Below are positions 17,369 to 26,605 of a DNA stretch of 50,856 nucleotides, one piece after another. Below the pieces are notes generated by a model. It saw nothing but the letters and a program-made list of their open reading frames with translations, had not been told where the DNA came from and did not search any database. Position numbers and translations under genes: made by a program. Position 1 is the stretch's first letter. Each line of letters starts with the position of its first letter. This stretch comes from a virus (taxonomy: Duplodnaviria > Heunggongvirae > Uroviricota > Caudoviricetes), in the IMG/VR virus record IMGVR_UViG_3300033233_000013, positions 1 to 50,856 of that record; one strand, given 5' to 3'.

Positions 17369-17964
17369 GCCGTATTGTGCTCGCGGATACGACGAGGGCC
17401 GATACGAAGCCGTGCATTGATTGCGGGCAAAGTTACGAACGCGGCGCGTGCAGTTCGCACGAATGGCGAATGACGAGGCGGTGTCTGCGCTGCGCAGACG
17501 AGCATCTGCGGTGGCGGCTCGTCCTCGCCTGCGCCCTCGACGTGGACACCGACTGTTGGCTCTGGCAGCGCTCAACGCGAAATGGTTACGGCCAACTCTC
17601 CGTTCGCGATGAAACAGAGTACGCCCACCGGCTCTCGTATCGGCTCTTTGTTGGCCCGCTCAACGCGGACGAAGCGCTCCATGACTGCGACGTCCGCCGC
17701 TGCATTCGCCCCGATCATCTCTTCCGTGGCACACAGGCTGAGAACATCGCGGATATGATCGAGAAGGGTCGCGCGCGCCACCGCACACTGAAGGGTGAAG
17801 CGCACCCGAACGCCACACTCTCCGACGACGAGGTCGCCGCGCTCCGCGCTCTCTGGGCGACCGGCCAATACCAGCAGCGCGCTCTCGCCGCCCGCTACGG
17901 CGTTGCGCAGTCGACGGTCTGGCGCCTCGTCCACGGTGTCACACGCGCTCAGGGCGCGGCATGA
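17365..17964 (+). CDS. HNH endonuclease (HNH_3 type) with C-terminal HTH
   Basis: CWLWQ...GYGQL...YAHRLSY...LHDCDVRRCIRPDHL..GTQAENIADM..KGR; C-terminal QQRALAARYGVAQSTVWRLV. Confidence 0.9.
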   Translation: MSRIVLADTTRADTKPCIDCGQSYERGACSSHEWRMTRRCLRCADEHLRWRLVLACALDVDTDCWLWQRSTRNGYGQLSVRDETEYAHRLSYRLFVGPLNADEALHDCDVRRCIRPDHLFRGTQAENIADMIEKGRARHRTLKGEAHPNATLSDDEVAALRALWATGQYQQRALAARYGVAQSTVWRLVHGVTRAQGAA

Positions 17965-19691
17965 CCAAGCTCCACATCGGAGACCTCGCGCTGCCGCTTG
18001 ACGACTTTGTGGTCGCACGGACGGCAATCCTCGGCATCACGCGATCTGGGAAGACCTATGCCGCGAAGGGTCTCGCAGAGCAGCTGCTCGATCGCGCCAT
18101 TCCAATCGTGGTGTTCGACGCAATCGGGATCTGGCGGTTTCTTCGGACGCCGGGTGACGGTCCTCGGGCGAAAGGGTACCGGCTCGTCGTCGCGGGTGGC
18201 GCGGAGCCCGATCTACCGCTGACCCCTGAGAGCGCGCCGACGATCGTCCGCGCTGCGATCCGCGAAAACATTCCGCTCATCATCGATCTCTACGATCCGA
18301 AGCTCAGCAAGAAACAGTGGCGGCTCATCGTTCAGACGTGCTTTCGGACGCTCCTCTACGAGAACAAGGGCGTCCGCCACATTTTCCTCGAAGAATCCGC
18401 CGAGTACGCCCCGCAGAAGATCTACGACGGCGAGACCTATGCCGAGGTTGAGAAGCTGGCGCGGATGGGCGGGAACGTCGGGCTCGGGATCACATTCATC
18501 AACCAGCGGGCGCAGGAGCTGAACAAGGCCGTGCTGGAACTCTGCGATAACCTGGTGCTGCTCCGCCAACGCGGGAGCCACGCAATCGACGCCCTCGAAA
18601 AATGGCTCGATCGGGTCTCGCCAACCACCGCGAGCGCCGTCGCCAAGGCACTTCCTCACATGACCCAGGGCGATTGCTGGGTCTGGGCCGAGGCGAGCGA
18701 GCAACCGATCCGCACCCACACCCGACCGCTCCGATCGTTCCATCCCGACCGGCGTAAGGGTGGCGAGATTGCGGCCGCAGCAGCCGCCGCAGTCGATACC
18801 AAGGACTTTGTCGAGCGGATGCATGGCGAACTCACGGTCCTGATCGAACGCGCGAAGGCGGACGACCCGAAGGAGCTCCGCCGGCGGATCGGGACGCTTG
18901 AGGCAGAGCTGCGGCAGGCACGTGCGGTGAAACGCGAGGCGGAGCACGTGGAAGTCTCGATCCTGACCGAGGATGATCGCCTCGTGATCGGCGAAGCACG
19001 CGGGCTGGCAGTCGCCGCGACCGAGACGGTCGACCGGCTGCGGACGGAGTTCGCGATCGAGCTCGGCGCCTGGCGGAACGCAGTCGCGGGCGTGACGGCG
19101 AAGCTCGAGGCGCTGGGCGTGAAAGCAGCGGCGCGCCCCGTAGCGGCGCCAGCGCCCGTCCGTCCCGCCGTCGCACGCCCCGCCCTGCCGCGTGCGCCTG
19201 AACGGAATGGCGACGGACCGGCGCTGGCGAAATGTGAGCGCGCCATCCTCGCCGTCCTCGCGCAGTACGCCGACGAGGGATGCACCGCTGGTCGACTGAC
19301 GCTCCTCTCCGGGTATCGCTATAGCGGCGGATTCAAGAACAGTCTCGCCACGCTCCGTACCGGCGGGTACCTGACGGGCGGGAACACCGAGGTGATGCGG
19401 ATCACCGAGGCCGGGCTCGCCTTCATCGGTGGCGCGCCGGCGCCGCTCACCGGGCAGACGCTCCGCGACTACTGGCTGACCCATTCATCGTTCGGGAAGT
19501 GCGAGCGCGCGATCTTGGCAACGCTTCTCACCTCGACAGACGGGGCGAGCGCCGAGAGCCTCTGCCGCGCGACCAATTACGAATATAGCGGCGGGTTCAA
19601 GAACGCTCTCGCCAACCTCCGCACGGCCGGCGTGCTCGTCGGGAAGAACACCGAGACGATGCGCGTGTGCGACGAGCTCCGCGATGCCTAA
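17961..19691 (+). CDS. HerA/FtsK-superfamily ATPase with coiled coil and two C-terminal winged-helix repeats
   Basis: GITRSGKT Walker A, FLEES Walker B, FINQR; duplicated KCERAILA...YSGGFKN.LA.LRT.G units. Confidence 0.85.
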   Translation: MTKLHIGDLALPLDDFVVARTAILGITRSGKTYAAKGLAEQLLDRAIPIVVFDAIGIWRFLRTPGDGPRAKGYRLVVAGGAEPDLPLTPESAPTIVRAAIRENIPLIIDLYDPKLSKKQWRLIVQTCFRTLLYENKGVRHIFLEESAEYAPQKIYDGETYAEVEKLARMGGNVGLGITFINQRAQELNKAVLELCDNLVLLRQRGSHAIDALEKWLDRVSPTTASAVAKALPHMTQGDCWVWAEASEQPIRTHTRPLRSFHPDRRKGGEIAAAAAAAVDTKDFVERMHGELTVLIERAKADDPKELRRRIGTLEAELRQARAVKREAEHVEVSILTEDDRLVIGEARGLAVAATETVDRLRTEFAIELGAWRNAVAGVTAKLEALGVKAAARPVAAPAPVRPAVARPALPRAPERNGDGPALAKCERAILAVLAQYADEGCTAGRLTLLSGYRYSGGFKNSLATLRTGGYLTGGNTEVMRITEAGLAFIGGAPAPLTGQTLRDYWLTHSSFGKCERAILATLLTSTDGASAESLCRATNYEYSGGFKNALANLRTAGVLVGKNTETMRVCDELRDA

Positions 19692-19821
19692 AGCCGTCGC
19701 CACTGCCGCGCGCACGCCGGTCGAGCGTCCCCTACTCTTCTCCGCGCCCATGGTCCGCGCGATTCTCGCGGGGACGAAAACGCAAACGCGCGTGATCCCC
19801 GGCCGTACTGTGGGGGCGTGA
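19684..19821 (+). pseudogene. Truncated ASCH/PUA-like phage gene (45 aa)
   Basis: ERPLLFSAPMVRAILAGTKTQTR is the N-terminus of a normally much longer phage family; the ORF ends inside a 23-bp repeat. Confidence 0.6.
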
Positions 19822-20052
19822 CGACGATGAGCGCTTGCGAGAAATGTTGGCGAGGACGCGCATCGTGGCGCACAATTCTCCATCGCCGAGGGTACGAACG
19901 ACCGATGACCGAGCGCGCTGCAGCGCCGTGCTCCCCCGAGGAGCAAGCCGGCCCCGACGCTACGGACTGCGAGAAGTGCGGCCGTCGCGCGCGCCATCAA
20001 ATCGCCGACGAATGCATGAACGCGCAGTGCCCCGGCCGTAGTGTGGGGGCGT
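19797..20052 (+). repeat. 23-bp direct repeat pair CCCCGGCCGTA(C/G)TGTGGGGGCGT
   Basis: Copies at 19797-19819 and 20030-20052, 1 mismatch. Confidence 0.9.
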
Positions 20053-20054
20053 AG
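19818..20054 (+). CDS. Cys-rich hypothetical protein (78 aa) between the repeats
   Basis: CEKC twice plus C-terminal Cys; GTGA overlap. Confidence 0.5.
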   Translation: MTTMSACEKCWRGRASWRTILHRRGYERPMTERAAAPCSPEEQAGPDATDCEKCGRRARHQIADECMNAQCPGRSVGA

Positions 20055-20060
20055 ACGGGG

Positions 20061-20393
20061 ATGGACATTCAAGACGTAAGCGACCTGGAGATGGCGTTCC
20101 CGGCGAACGTGAAGCACCTGATGCCGCCGATGGAAGCGATCCCGCGTGAGTTCCAGAACGGGCACACGGTGTGGAATCGGCTGATGACGGACTGGTTTTG
20201 TGTGGGCCTCAAAGATCTGAAACTGACCCCGAAAGAAGGCGTCGATACGCAACGCGCACTCCGCCATTTGAAGGCGATCATCGGCTCTTTCGAGCCCTCG
20301 CACGAGCACAAGGAAGCCGCCGTCGCCTATCTACTCTCGCAGTGGTTCACCGACGCGACTTGGAAACGAGCGAAACAGACTGCGCGTGTGTGA
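20061..20393 (+). CDS. Conserved phage hypothetical protein (110 aa)
   Basis: Globular ORF ...ALRHLKAIIGSFEPSHEHKEAAVAYLLSQWF. Confidence 0.75.
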   Translation: MDIQDVSDLEMAFPANVKHLMPPMEAIPREFQNGHTVWNRLMTDWFCVGLKDLKLTPKEGVDTQRALRHLKAIIGSFEPSHEHKEAAVAYLLSQWFTDATWKRAKQTARV

Positions 20394-20428
20394 CGACGGC
20401 GCGAGCGCCCGCAGGAAAGGACACGAAC

Positions 20429-20647
20429 ATGAAGAAGCGGCAAATGACTGTTACGCCAAAGAAGATCGCCAGCGCGCAGGCGTGGCCGCTCGGCACGGCG
20501 GTCGTGGTCACTAAGGACAACGGCGAGCGTGTGGAGACATGTACGCGCTCCGAGCCCTGGCTGCTGGGCGGGCATACCTGGGTCATCATGGTTGATGGTA
20601 TCGCAGGCGGGTACGCGCTCGATCGCGTGACAGCGAAAGCCGACTAG
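20429..20647 (+). CDS. Hypothetical protein (72 aa)
   Basis: GGAAAGGA RBS then ATG. Confidence 0.65.
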   Translation: MKKRQMTVTPKKIASAQAWPLGTAVVVTKDNGERVETCTRSEPWLLGGHTWVIMVDGIAGGYALDRVTAKAD

Positions 20648-20721
20648 TCATGTCCGCTGATCTGATCCCGGTCTCCCTCGCGACGGTGATCCGCGAGCAG
20701 GGCGAGACGGCGGAGTAACTG

Positions 20722-21103
20722 ATGCCTTGCGTAAAAGTCACCTTCGGCGGCACACCGGCAACCCTCTGGCGGCGTCGGCAATCCCGAGCATGAAATCGAG
20801 GCAGGCGGGAAGGTCTACCGCTTCGAGATGCACTCGTATTTCGGGCCGGCGCTGCTGACCAAACGCGGGGACGTGCGTGCGAATCAGCAGGCACCGCGCA
20901 TCTTTTGGCACGCCGTTTCGCAGTGGGAGAGACAAGGCAAGCGCGTCGATGACCACGGCCGCTGTATCTGGGAAGAAGAGCCCGAGCCCAAGACGATTCA
21001 CGTTGGCGGCCGGCACTACGTGATCGTCGACGAGAAGGGTGACGCGAGAAATGACCATCGGCGCATGGCTCGAGGCAGTCAGCACCCGACTCGCAACGTA
21101 TGA
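20722..21103 (+). pseudogene. Frameshifted small phage gene
   Basis: MPCVKVTFGGTPATL (one frame) continues as GGVGNPEHEIEAGGKVYRFEMHSYFGP... in the +1 frame at ~20767. Confidence 0.45.
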
Positions 21104-23403
21104 TGCGATCGAAGTCGGCGGCCCAGCCAACACGCTCGCGGTTGCGGACATTCACGGGCACTCGATCGCTGATCTCCGACGGCTGCTCGCGCTGGTGCAA
21201 GAACTCCGGGATGCGCTGGCACTCGCGGGAGCGCCGACCTGGACAGGCAAATGGGAAGACAATCTCGATACCGAACCCGTCTCCGTCTTAGACGGCGTGG
21301 CGGGCACGCGGGGGGGGTGAGCACGATGGCGCCTTTGTTGGCCGCGATTGGAACGTTTTACTGCCTGGTTGTAGTGCCGTGCGCGACCCCAACACCACGG
21401 CCGACGTCCAATCTCGTGATGGATTTTGATTTTAGGCTGTCGCAGCAACATTTGCAGATCCACGACGACGACGTGGGCTGTGTCGAGTGGGCACCGTGCA
21501 TGCAAAAGGAGGCTCCCCGATGACCCCCGCAGGCGCCCGGGCGTGGTGCCGCACAGTCATTCTGGGCGCTGGCGGATTCCGCGATTTCGAGGCCCACGAA
21601 GGGGGCGTGATCTCGTCCGACCCGCGCGACGTGGAGCTCGCGTTGTTCGTGCTCCGGTGCCTGGTGAATCCTGACTGCAAAGGATCGGACACGATGCGGG
21701 CCGCCCTCGCCGTCGTCGCCGAGCCCCAGGAAGAGCCGTGCGCGTGCGCATGCCACAAGGAGCATGGGCGCGCGTTCGATGTTCACGCAGCGGCGCCCTC
21801 CCTCCGTCCAGGCGGGCACGAGGTGTATCGGGAGGCACTGGAACTCCTCACGATGCACGGCAACCTACTCGTTCACGCGCTCGCGAAACAGGCCCTCACC
21901 GCCGCCGATGCCGCCGCGGCCGCGCTGCCGACGTCATCGTGTCCGGGCGTTCCGGTGGATCAGATCGAGCGCTGGCAGAACTTCAAACAGCAAGACATGC
22001 ACTGTCCGGGGTGCCCTCGCTGCCCGGCGGCGGCGGCGCCATGAAGAGATGCGAGCACTACGAGATGCGCATGTGGGGTCGGAACTCGGGTTTCGTCTGT
22101 GCAACCTGCGAGCGCAAATGGCGGCGCGAAGTCTTCTGGCGCGACGGCACGCGCTACACCCGATACATTGCGCTCGGCGCTGACGGGAACCCCATGCTCG
22201 GCGACATCGAACGCGGCGATTATCGCTGCCCAGTGGCGGGGACACCATGATGCTTGTGTTCTTCTGGCTCGGCACGTTGTTCGGGGTCGCCGTCGAGTAC
22301 ATGGCGCCTTCGGCAAGCTGGTTCGCCGCACTCTCGTGGGCGGTGGTCGGCTTGCTGCTGTGTGGACTGGCACCGCTACTCGCCGGCCGGGCGGCGCGGA
22401 CACCATGACACGTCTGCTCCGCTGGCTCTTCTGGGGTCGCTGCATCGACTGTGGCGCCGAGGGCTGGCTGCTCACGTGCATTGGTGGACACTGCGACGAG
22501 TGCTGTACGCTCCAGTGTCAAGGGGATAACTGGCCGTGAGGGACCACCCAGCGACGGGGAGGGACTGATGCAAGGGCCGCACAATGGACGAGGAAACTGC
22601 TGGACGCTTCATAAGAAACCGCTGCCGCAGTACGCGAACACCTGCGACGGAGAGCAGTGCGACGTGTGCCACGAACATGACGAACCACGCGGCGAGTGCT
22701 CAATCTGTCCAACATGCCGACAGTGCAACGAGCAGGACTAGCGATGCCCCCGACTCCCTCACCCTCGGTTGTGGTGCAACGAGCACGGGACTTCCTCAAG
22801 TCGTTCCGCGGCCTCGATGTGAATGCTGAAACGAACTACGAACTCGTGCGTGATCTCCTCGCCCTGGTGGAAGACACGGCGGCTTTGAAGCAAACGATCA
22901 AGGCCCTGACGATGGTGAACGCCGACGCCGCGCACCGGATTCGCGATCACGGGATGGTGGTGCTCGGCCACGACACGTACCGCGAGTGCCGCTCGGCCTA
23001 TCGTCTCGTCGAGCAGGCCCTCCGTGAGGCCGACGCCCAGGTGAAGGGAGAATGAGACGCCGACAACCGCATCCCGAGCTGAACTTCCGCCGTGGTCGAG
23101 GCCGGCGTACGACCGGCGCAGACTTCATCGCGACGTGTCGAGCGCTTGGGATGACCGACGAGGAGATTCGCCAGGAGTTGCTCGCGCTCAAAGCCAAGCG
23201 CGACGCCCAAGTGGAAAGGAAGGAATAAACCCATGGACCAGACCCGACTCGAACTCGCCCAAGGCGCGTTGCTCCGCCTCAAGGAACTCGAAGAGCGCAC
23301 GTCGTTGATGCGGATTCGGCTCGCGCTCCAGGCGGCGCAGGGTGTCCTCCACGAGATCATCTACTACGAGGAACACGAGAAAGAGCCGTGTCATGCCGAC
23401 TGA
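21051..23403 (+). other. Run of small coupled accessory ORFs: 21051-21320, 21326-21523, 21520-22044, 22041-22250, 22247-22408, 22405-22539, 22568-22741, 22744-23055, 23052-23228, 23233-23403
   Basis: ATGA overlaps or close RBS-ATG spacing throughout; several Cys-rich, two hydrophobic; no recognisable domains. Confidence 0.6.
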
Positions 23404-23821
23404 GGAGCCACCCACCCCACGGCTGGCGCCGCCGACGGGAGAGATGAAACGCGCGAACTTTATCGGCGTGCCAGCGATGTTCAACTTGCAGGCGGCATGC
23501 GCGATGGTCGTGGACGCCTTCGGGTGGTGCGTGTTTCTCGTCGGCTCGTCGCTGGAACGGCGGGACTATCGCGACGTGGACGTGCGCGCGATTCTCGATG
23601 ACGTGGAGTACGATCGTCTTTTTCCACGCCACGCGCAGCCACAGTGCCTCGATCCGCTCTGGAACCTCATGTGCGTGTCGATCTCGGAGTGGCTCGCGAG
23701 TCGGACGGGACTGCCGATCGACTTTCAGATCCAGCGCCACACCGACGCGAACGCCGAGTATCACGGGCAACGCAGCGCGCTCGGCGTGTTCGTGCGGAAC
23801 TCGACGCGCGGGGAGGACTAG
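23393..23821 (+). CDS. Minimal Pol-beta-superfamily nucleotidyltransferase (142 aa)
   Basis: hGS plus DxD motif: VFLVGSSLERRDYRDVDVRAIL; third acidic residue in LPIDFQIQ. Confidence 0.7.
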   Translation: MPTEEPPTPRLAPPTGEMKRANFIGVPAMFNLQAACAMVVDAFGWCVFLVGSSLERRDYRDVDVRAILDDVEYDRLFPRHAQPQCLDPLWNLMCVSISEWLASRTGLPIDFQIQRHTDANAEYHGQRSALGVFVRNSTRGED

Positions 23822-23823
23822 TC

Positions 23824-24069
23824 GTGACCGATCGTGAACTAGCCGTGGCCTACGATCAGAAACTTGCCGATGCCGAGGCGCGGCTCGTCGTCCTGGAGGC
23901 CGAGCGGGAGCGGATGCGGGAGGCCCTAGCTACCAACGAACTCAACGATGGTCGTTGGGGATCACGAATTCGTCTGTCCGAGTGGCGAGTCGGTGCCGTG
24001 CGCCGCGACCGTGCCCTATCGAGAACCACGGTCGTGATGCCCCCGGGGGATACGGAGACCGGAGGATGA
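23824..24069 (+). CDS. Coiled-coil hypothetical protein (81 aa)
   Basis: GTG start, ATGA overlap downstream. Confidence 0.5.
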   Translation: MTDRELAVAYDQKLADAEARLVVLEAERERMREALATNELNDGRWGSRIRLSEWRVGAVRRDRALSRTTVVMPPGDTETGG

Positions 24070-24335
24070 GCCCCACCGCGCGCAGCCTCGCCTATCTGCG
24101 GGAGCAGGGGTAACACGTGGCCACGTGGGAACCCGCCGGCACGCTCCGTCTCGACCGCTGCGCGCGCTGCTGCGGTCCACACGCGGGCCTCGTCGTCCGC
24201 CCGCTCACCAACCCGACCGACGAGTGGACGCAGTGGACGACCTGCCCAAAGACCGGCGAGCCGATTCTCATCTGCCTCGTGACGACCGTCGTTGTCGAGG
24301 AGCCCACCCGTGACCGCGCGTGCCTTGGCGGCTGA
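24066..24335 (+). pseudogene. Nonsense-interrupted gene remnant followed in frame by a 72-aa Cys ORF
   Basis: GGAGG RBS, MSPTARSLAYLREQG-TAA-HVATWEP; the N-terminus resembles a phage nuclease family with Tyr at the stop position. Confidence 0.4.
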
Positions 24336-24634
24336 TCATCACGCGGATGCGGCTCCGCCCGGGGCCGATCGCGCGGACCCGGTGCACGACAATCCTCGAT
24401 CCTACCCGCTGCGCCTGGGCGACGCTCCTGGATCTCTTGCTCGCCGTGGACGCGAAGAACGCGGGTGTGGCAAGCTGTCACCGAGCGCTCGCGCAGGAGC
24501 ATCGGGCGACGTTGAAGCTCGTCGGCGTCGACTGCCGGCTGGAGGAGTACGAGGAGCCGAACGATGGAGACGCCGATCACACGCGGACCGCGGAAGCGGA
24601 GACAGCGCCACGGCGTGACGAGGGCAGGCGATGA
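24320..24634 (+). CDS. Hypothetical protein (104 aa)
   Basis: ATGA overlap with the next gene. Confidence 0.45.
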   Translation: MPWRLIITRMRLRPGPIARTRCTTILDPTRCAWATLLDLLLAVDAKNAGVASCHRALAQEHRATLKLVGVDCRLEEYEEPNDGDADHTRTAEAETAPRRDEGRR

Positions 24635-25791
24635 AACAATCCGACCACACCCGACGCACCATCGACGCGATAACAAACGCGACCCTCGCCGACCGGGCGA
24701 GCGAGGTGCAAGTCTGCTTCGCGGTGCCCGCCGACGACGAGATTTCGGACGGGCTCCGACTGCTCACGTTCGCCGTCGAGAAGTCGGGGCTCGCCAGCGG
24801 CGAACGCGGCGGGCTGTTCGGAGGCGAGTGGGGGTACGGCGCGGACTTCGCGAACGACGCCTTTTCCCTCCACCGCTACTGTTGGTGCGAGGAGGACTCT
24901 TGCCTCTGGTGCGGGGATTGCGACTGCCCGATGGCGCCCTCGGAGCACTATCTCGATGGCGCATTGATCGGGCGCGGCGCGGACGGTTCGTGGGGGGAAG
25001 CCAACGACCGGCTGCTCGGGCCATTCCGAAAGAAGAACCCGGGACGAAGAGAGGAGGCCGCATTTGACCGCGTCATCGAGGAGCGGAACCGTCGCCTCGT
25101 AACGGTCCACGCAGCACGCACCCACGTCTGCCCACCTGCTGGCCTCCGCGCCAATCGCGACGCGGGCCTCGACTGGCGCCCCGATCAGCGGGCCCCGAAC
25201 TTCTGGCACAAGAGCTCGGGGTGGCGCGTCTGGTGGTACAAGTACATCGGCCGAGACATGGAGATCGCGGCGGGGACTGCGCCCTGGGCCGATGTTCTCG
25301 TGGCGTGCTGCGCGTCGCTTGGCGAACCGAGCGTGGAAGCGCTGCGGGTTGAGCGTGACGCCGAGTTGGAGCGCATGATCGCGGAGCAGGAGGCGTTCTA
25401 TGCAAGCCCGAAGGGCGTCGCGCTGATGGAGGCGTTTTCCCACTCGATCCCCATGGAGCCCTCGTTCAAGCTGTTCGACCGCCTCGCCGCTCCGCAGTCC
25501 GCCGATACCGCTCCCGCCCTTCACGAACGACCGCGCCGTCTGCGCGCAGTGCGGCAACGGCCGGAGAGAAGTGACCGGATGACGACCACGCCCTTCTCGG
25601 CGGAGACGACGATGCGGCGCGCCGTGACGCTCGAGGCAAACGCGGCCCCGCCGTCCCGGACGCGAAGGAGAAGGCGGGGTAGTCCGTGGGCGGCCCTGTG
25701 GAGCATGCCGCGGTTCTGGTGGTTCAACGTCGGTTTGCTGACGGGCATCGTGTGGATGGTCTTTGTCGGCTGGATACACGGGCGGTGGTGA
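24631..25791 (+). CDS. Hypothetical protein (386 aa), possibly a read-through fusion of a ~290-aa gene and a 70-aa TM gene starting at 25579
   Basis: Globular Cys/Trp-rich N-terminal part, low-complexity junction at the duplicated segment, C-terminal TM helix. Confidence 0.6.
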   Translation: MKQSDHTRRTIDAITNATLADRASEVQVCFAVPADDEISDGLRLLTFAVEKSGLASGERGGLFGGEWGYGADFANDAFSLHRYCWCEEDSCLWCGDCDCPMAPSEHYLDGALIGRGADGSWGEANDRLLGPFRKKNPGRREEAAFDRVIEERNRRLVTVHAARTHVCPPAGLRANRDAGLDWRPDQRAPNFWHKSSGWRVWWYKYIGRDMEIAAGTAPWADVLVACCASLGEPSVEALRVERDAELERMIAEQEAFYASPKGVALMEAFSHSIPMEPSFKLFDRLAAPQSADTAPALHERPRRLRAVRQRPERSDRMTTTPFSAETTMRRAVTLEANAAPPSRTRRRRRGSPWAALWSMPRFWWFNVGLLTGIVWMVFVGWIHGRW

Positions 25792-25844
25792 TGCCGCTCC
25801 CGCCCTTCACCAACGACCGCGCCGTCTGCGAGAAGTGCGCCAAC
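25508..25844 (+). repeat. 51-bp imperfect direct repeat (47/51)
   Basis: 25508-25558 versus 25794-25844, CCGCTCCCGCCCTTCAC(G/C)AACGACCGCGCCGTCTGCG... Confidence 0.9.
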
Positions 25845-25952
25845 CGCCGCGACATCCGCGTCCACTTCGATCGCGGCTGCGAGCACGCCGAGGGCGACCA
25901 CTACCACCGGCTCTGCCCGTGCGGGCACGAGTGGGTGGAGGCGTGCTCGTAA
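25791..25952 (+). CDS. 53-aa Zn-finger protein (MPLPPFTNDRAVCEKC...HRLCPCGHEW)
   Basis: TGATG overlap; CxxC and CxC motifs. Confidence 0.7.
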   Translation: MPLPPFTNDRAVCEKCANRRDIRVHFDRGCEHAEGDHYHRLCPCGHEWVEACS

Positions 25953-26093
25953 CCGATGGAACTCACACACGCCGCGCATAGGCTGGGCGGCCCGCTCTGT
26001 GGCGCGCCGTCGGGCTGGATCACGATCGACAAGCAGGCGACGTGCCCGGAGTGCCGCGCACGACTCGCCACACGGACGAAAGGGAGGACGAGG

Positions 26094-26348
26094 ATGGTGA
26101 CACCACGGAAACCGGCAGGGCCACGGAAAGCGCCGCGCCACGTGAAGGCGAACCGCCGGGAGCTGCTGACCAACGCGAGCGGGACGCACTACGCGACCCG
26201 TCGGACGACAGGACCGAAGAAGGGGACCTTCAAGACCGAGGTCGCGAAGGGGAAGTCGCTCCGCGCCGATCGCGCCAAGAAGGCGACGCGTACGGTGAAG
26301 TCCGGCTACGGGCAACTCGGTGATCAGAAGCCGCGGAAGAAGCGGTGA
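26094..26348 (+). CDS. Small highly basic protein (84 aa)
   Basis: GGAGG RBS; RRELL...HYATRR...GTFKTEVAKGKSLRADRAKKATRTVKSGYGQLGD resembles a small Lys/Arg-rich bacterial family. Confidence 0.65.
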   Translation: MVTPRKPAGPRKAPRHVKANRRELLTNASGTHYATRRTTGPKKGTFKTEVAKGKSLRADRAKKATRTVKSGYGQLGDQKPRKKR

Positions 26349-26605
26349 CGATCCTCACCGGGGATGCTGCGGCTCAAGCCTGGCCTGGCGCCCGGCGAAT
26401 CGCGCTCGGCGTGGACGATGGCGGCGGCGCGTCCTCGCACGCGGGGGTCCGCATCGGCTTCAATCCCACGCGCGGGTTGGTCGTCCTGTCGGCGTGGTAC
26501 GACACCATGTGCGGGACGGGTGAAATCGCCGTGCCGCTCGGGGAGCTTCTCGCCGCGCTCGGCATCACCGAGAAGGACCTCGCGACACGAGGCAAGAGCG
26601 GATGA
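26345..26605 (+). CDS. Hypothetical protein (86 aa)
   Basis: GTGA/ATGA coupled. Confidence 0.65.
   Translation: MTILTGDAAAQAWPGARRIALGVDDGGGASSHAGVRIGFNPTRGLVVLSAWYDTMCGTGEIAVPLGELLAALGITEKDLATRGKSG

Noticed and set aside
21310-21317. G8 homopolymer as a phase-variation tract
   Set aside because: Sits in the last codons of a small hypothetical ORF in a GC-rich genome; no evidence of function
21493-21522. Self-target of array unit 208-253 (AAAAGGAGG at 21504-21512)
   Set aside because: Only spacer A matches (9 nt, a generic strong RBS). The B-half matches poorly downstream; the 7/10 match upstream is in the opposite order to the expected geometry
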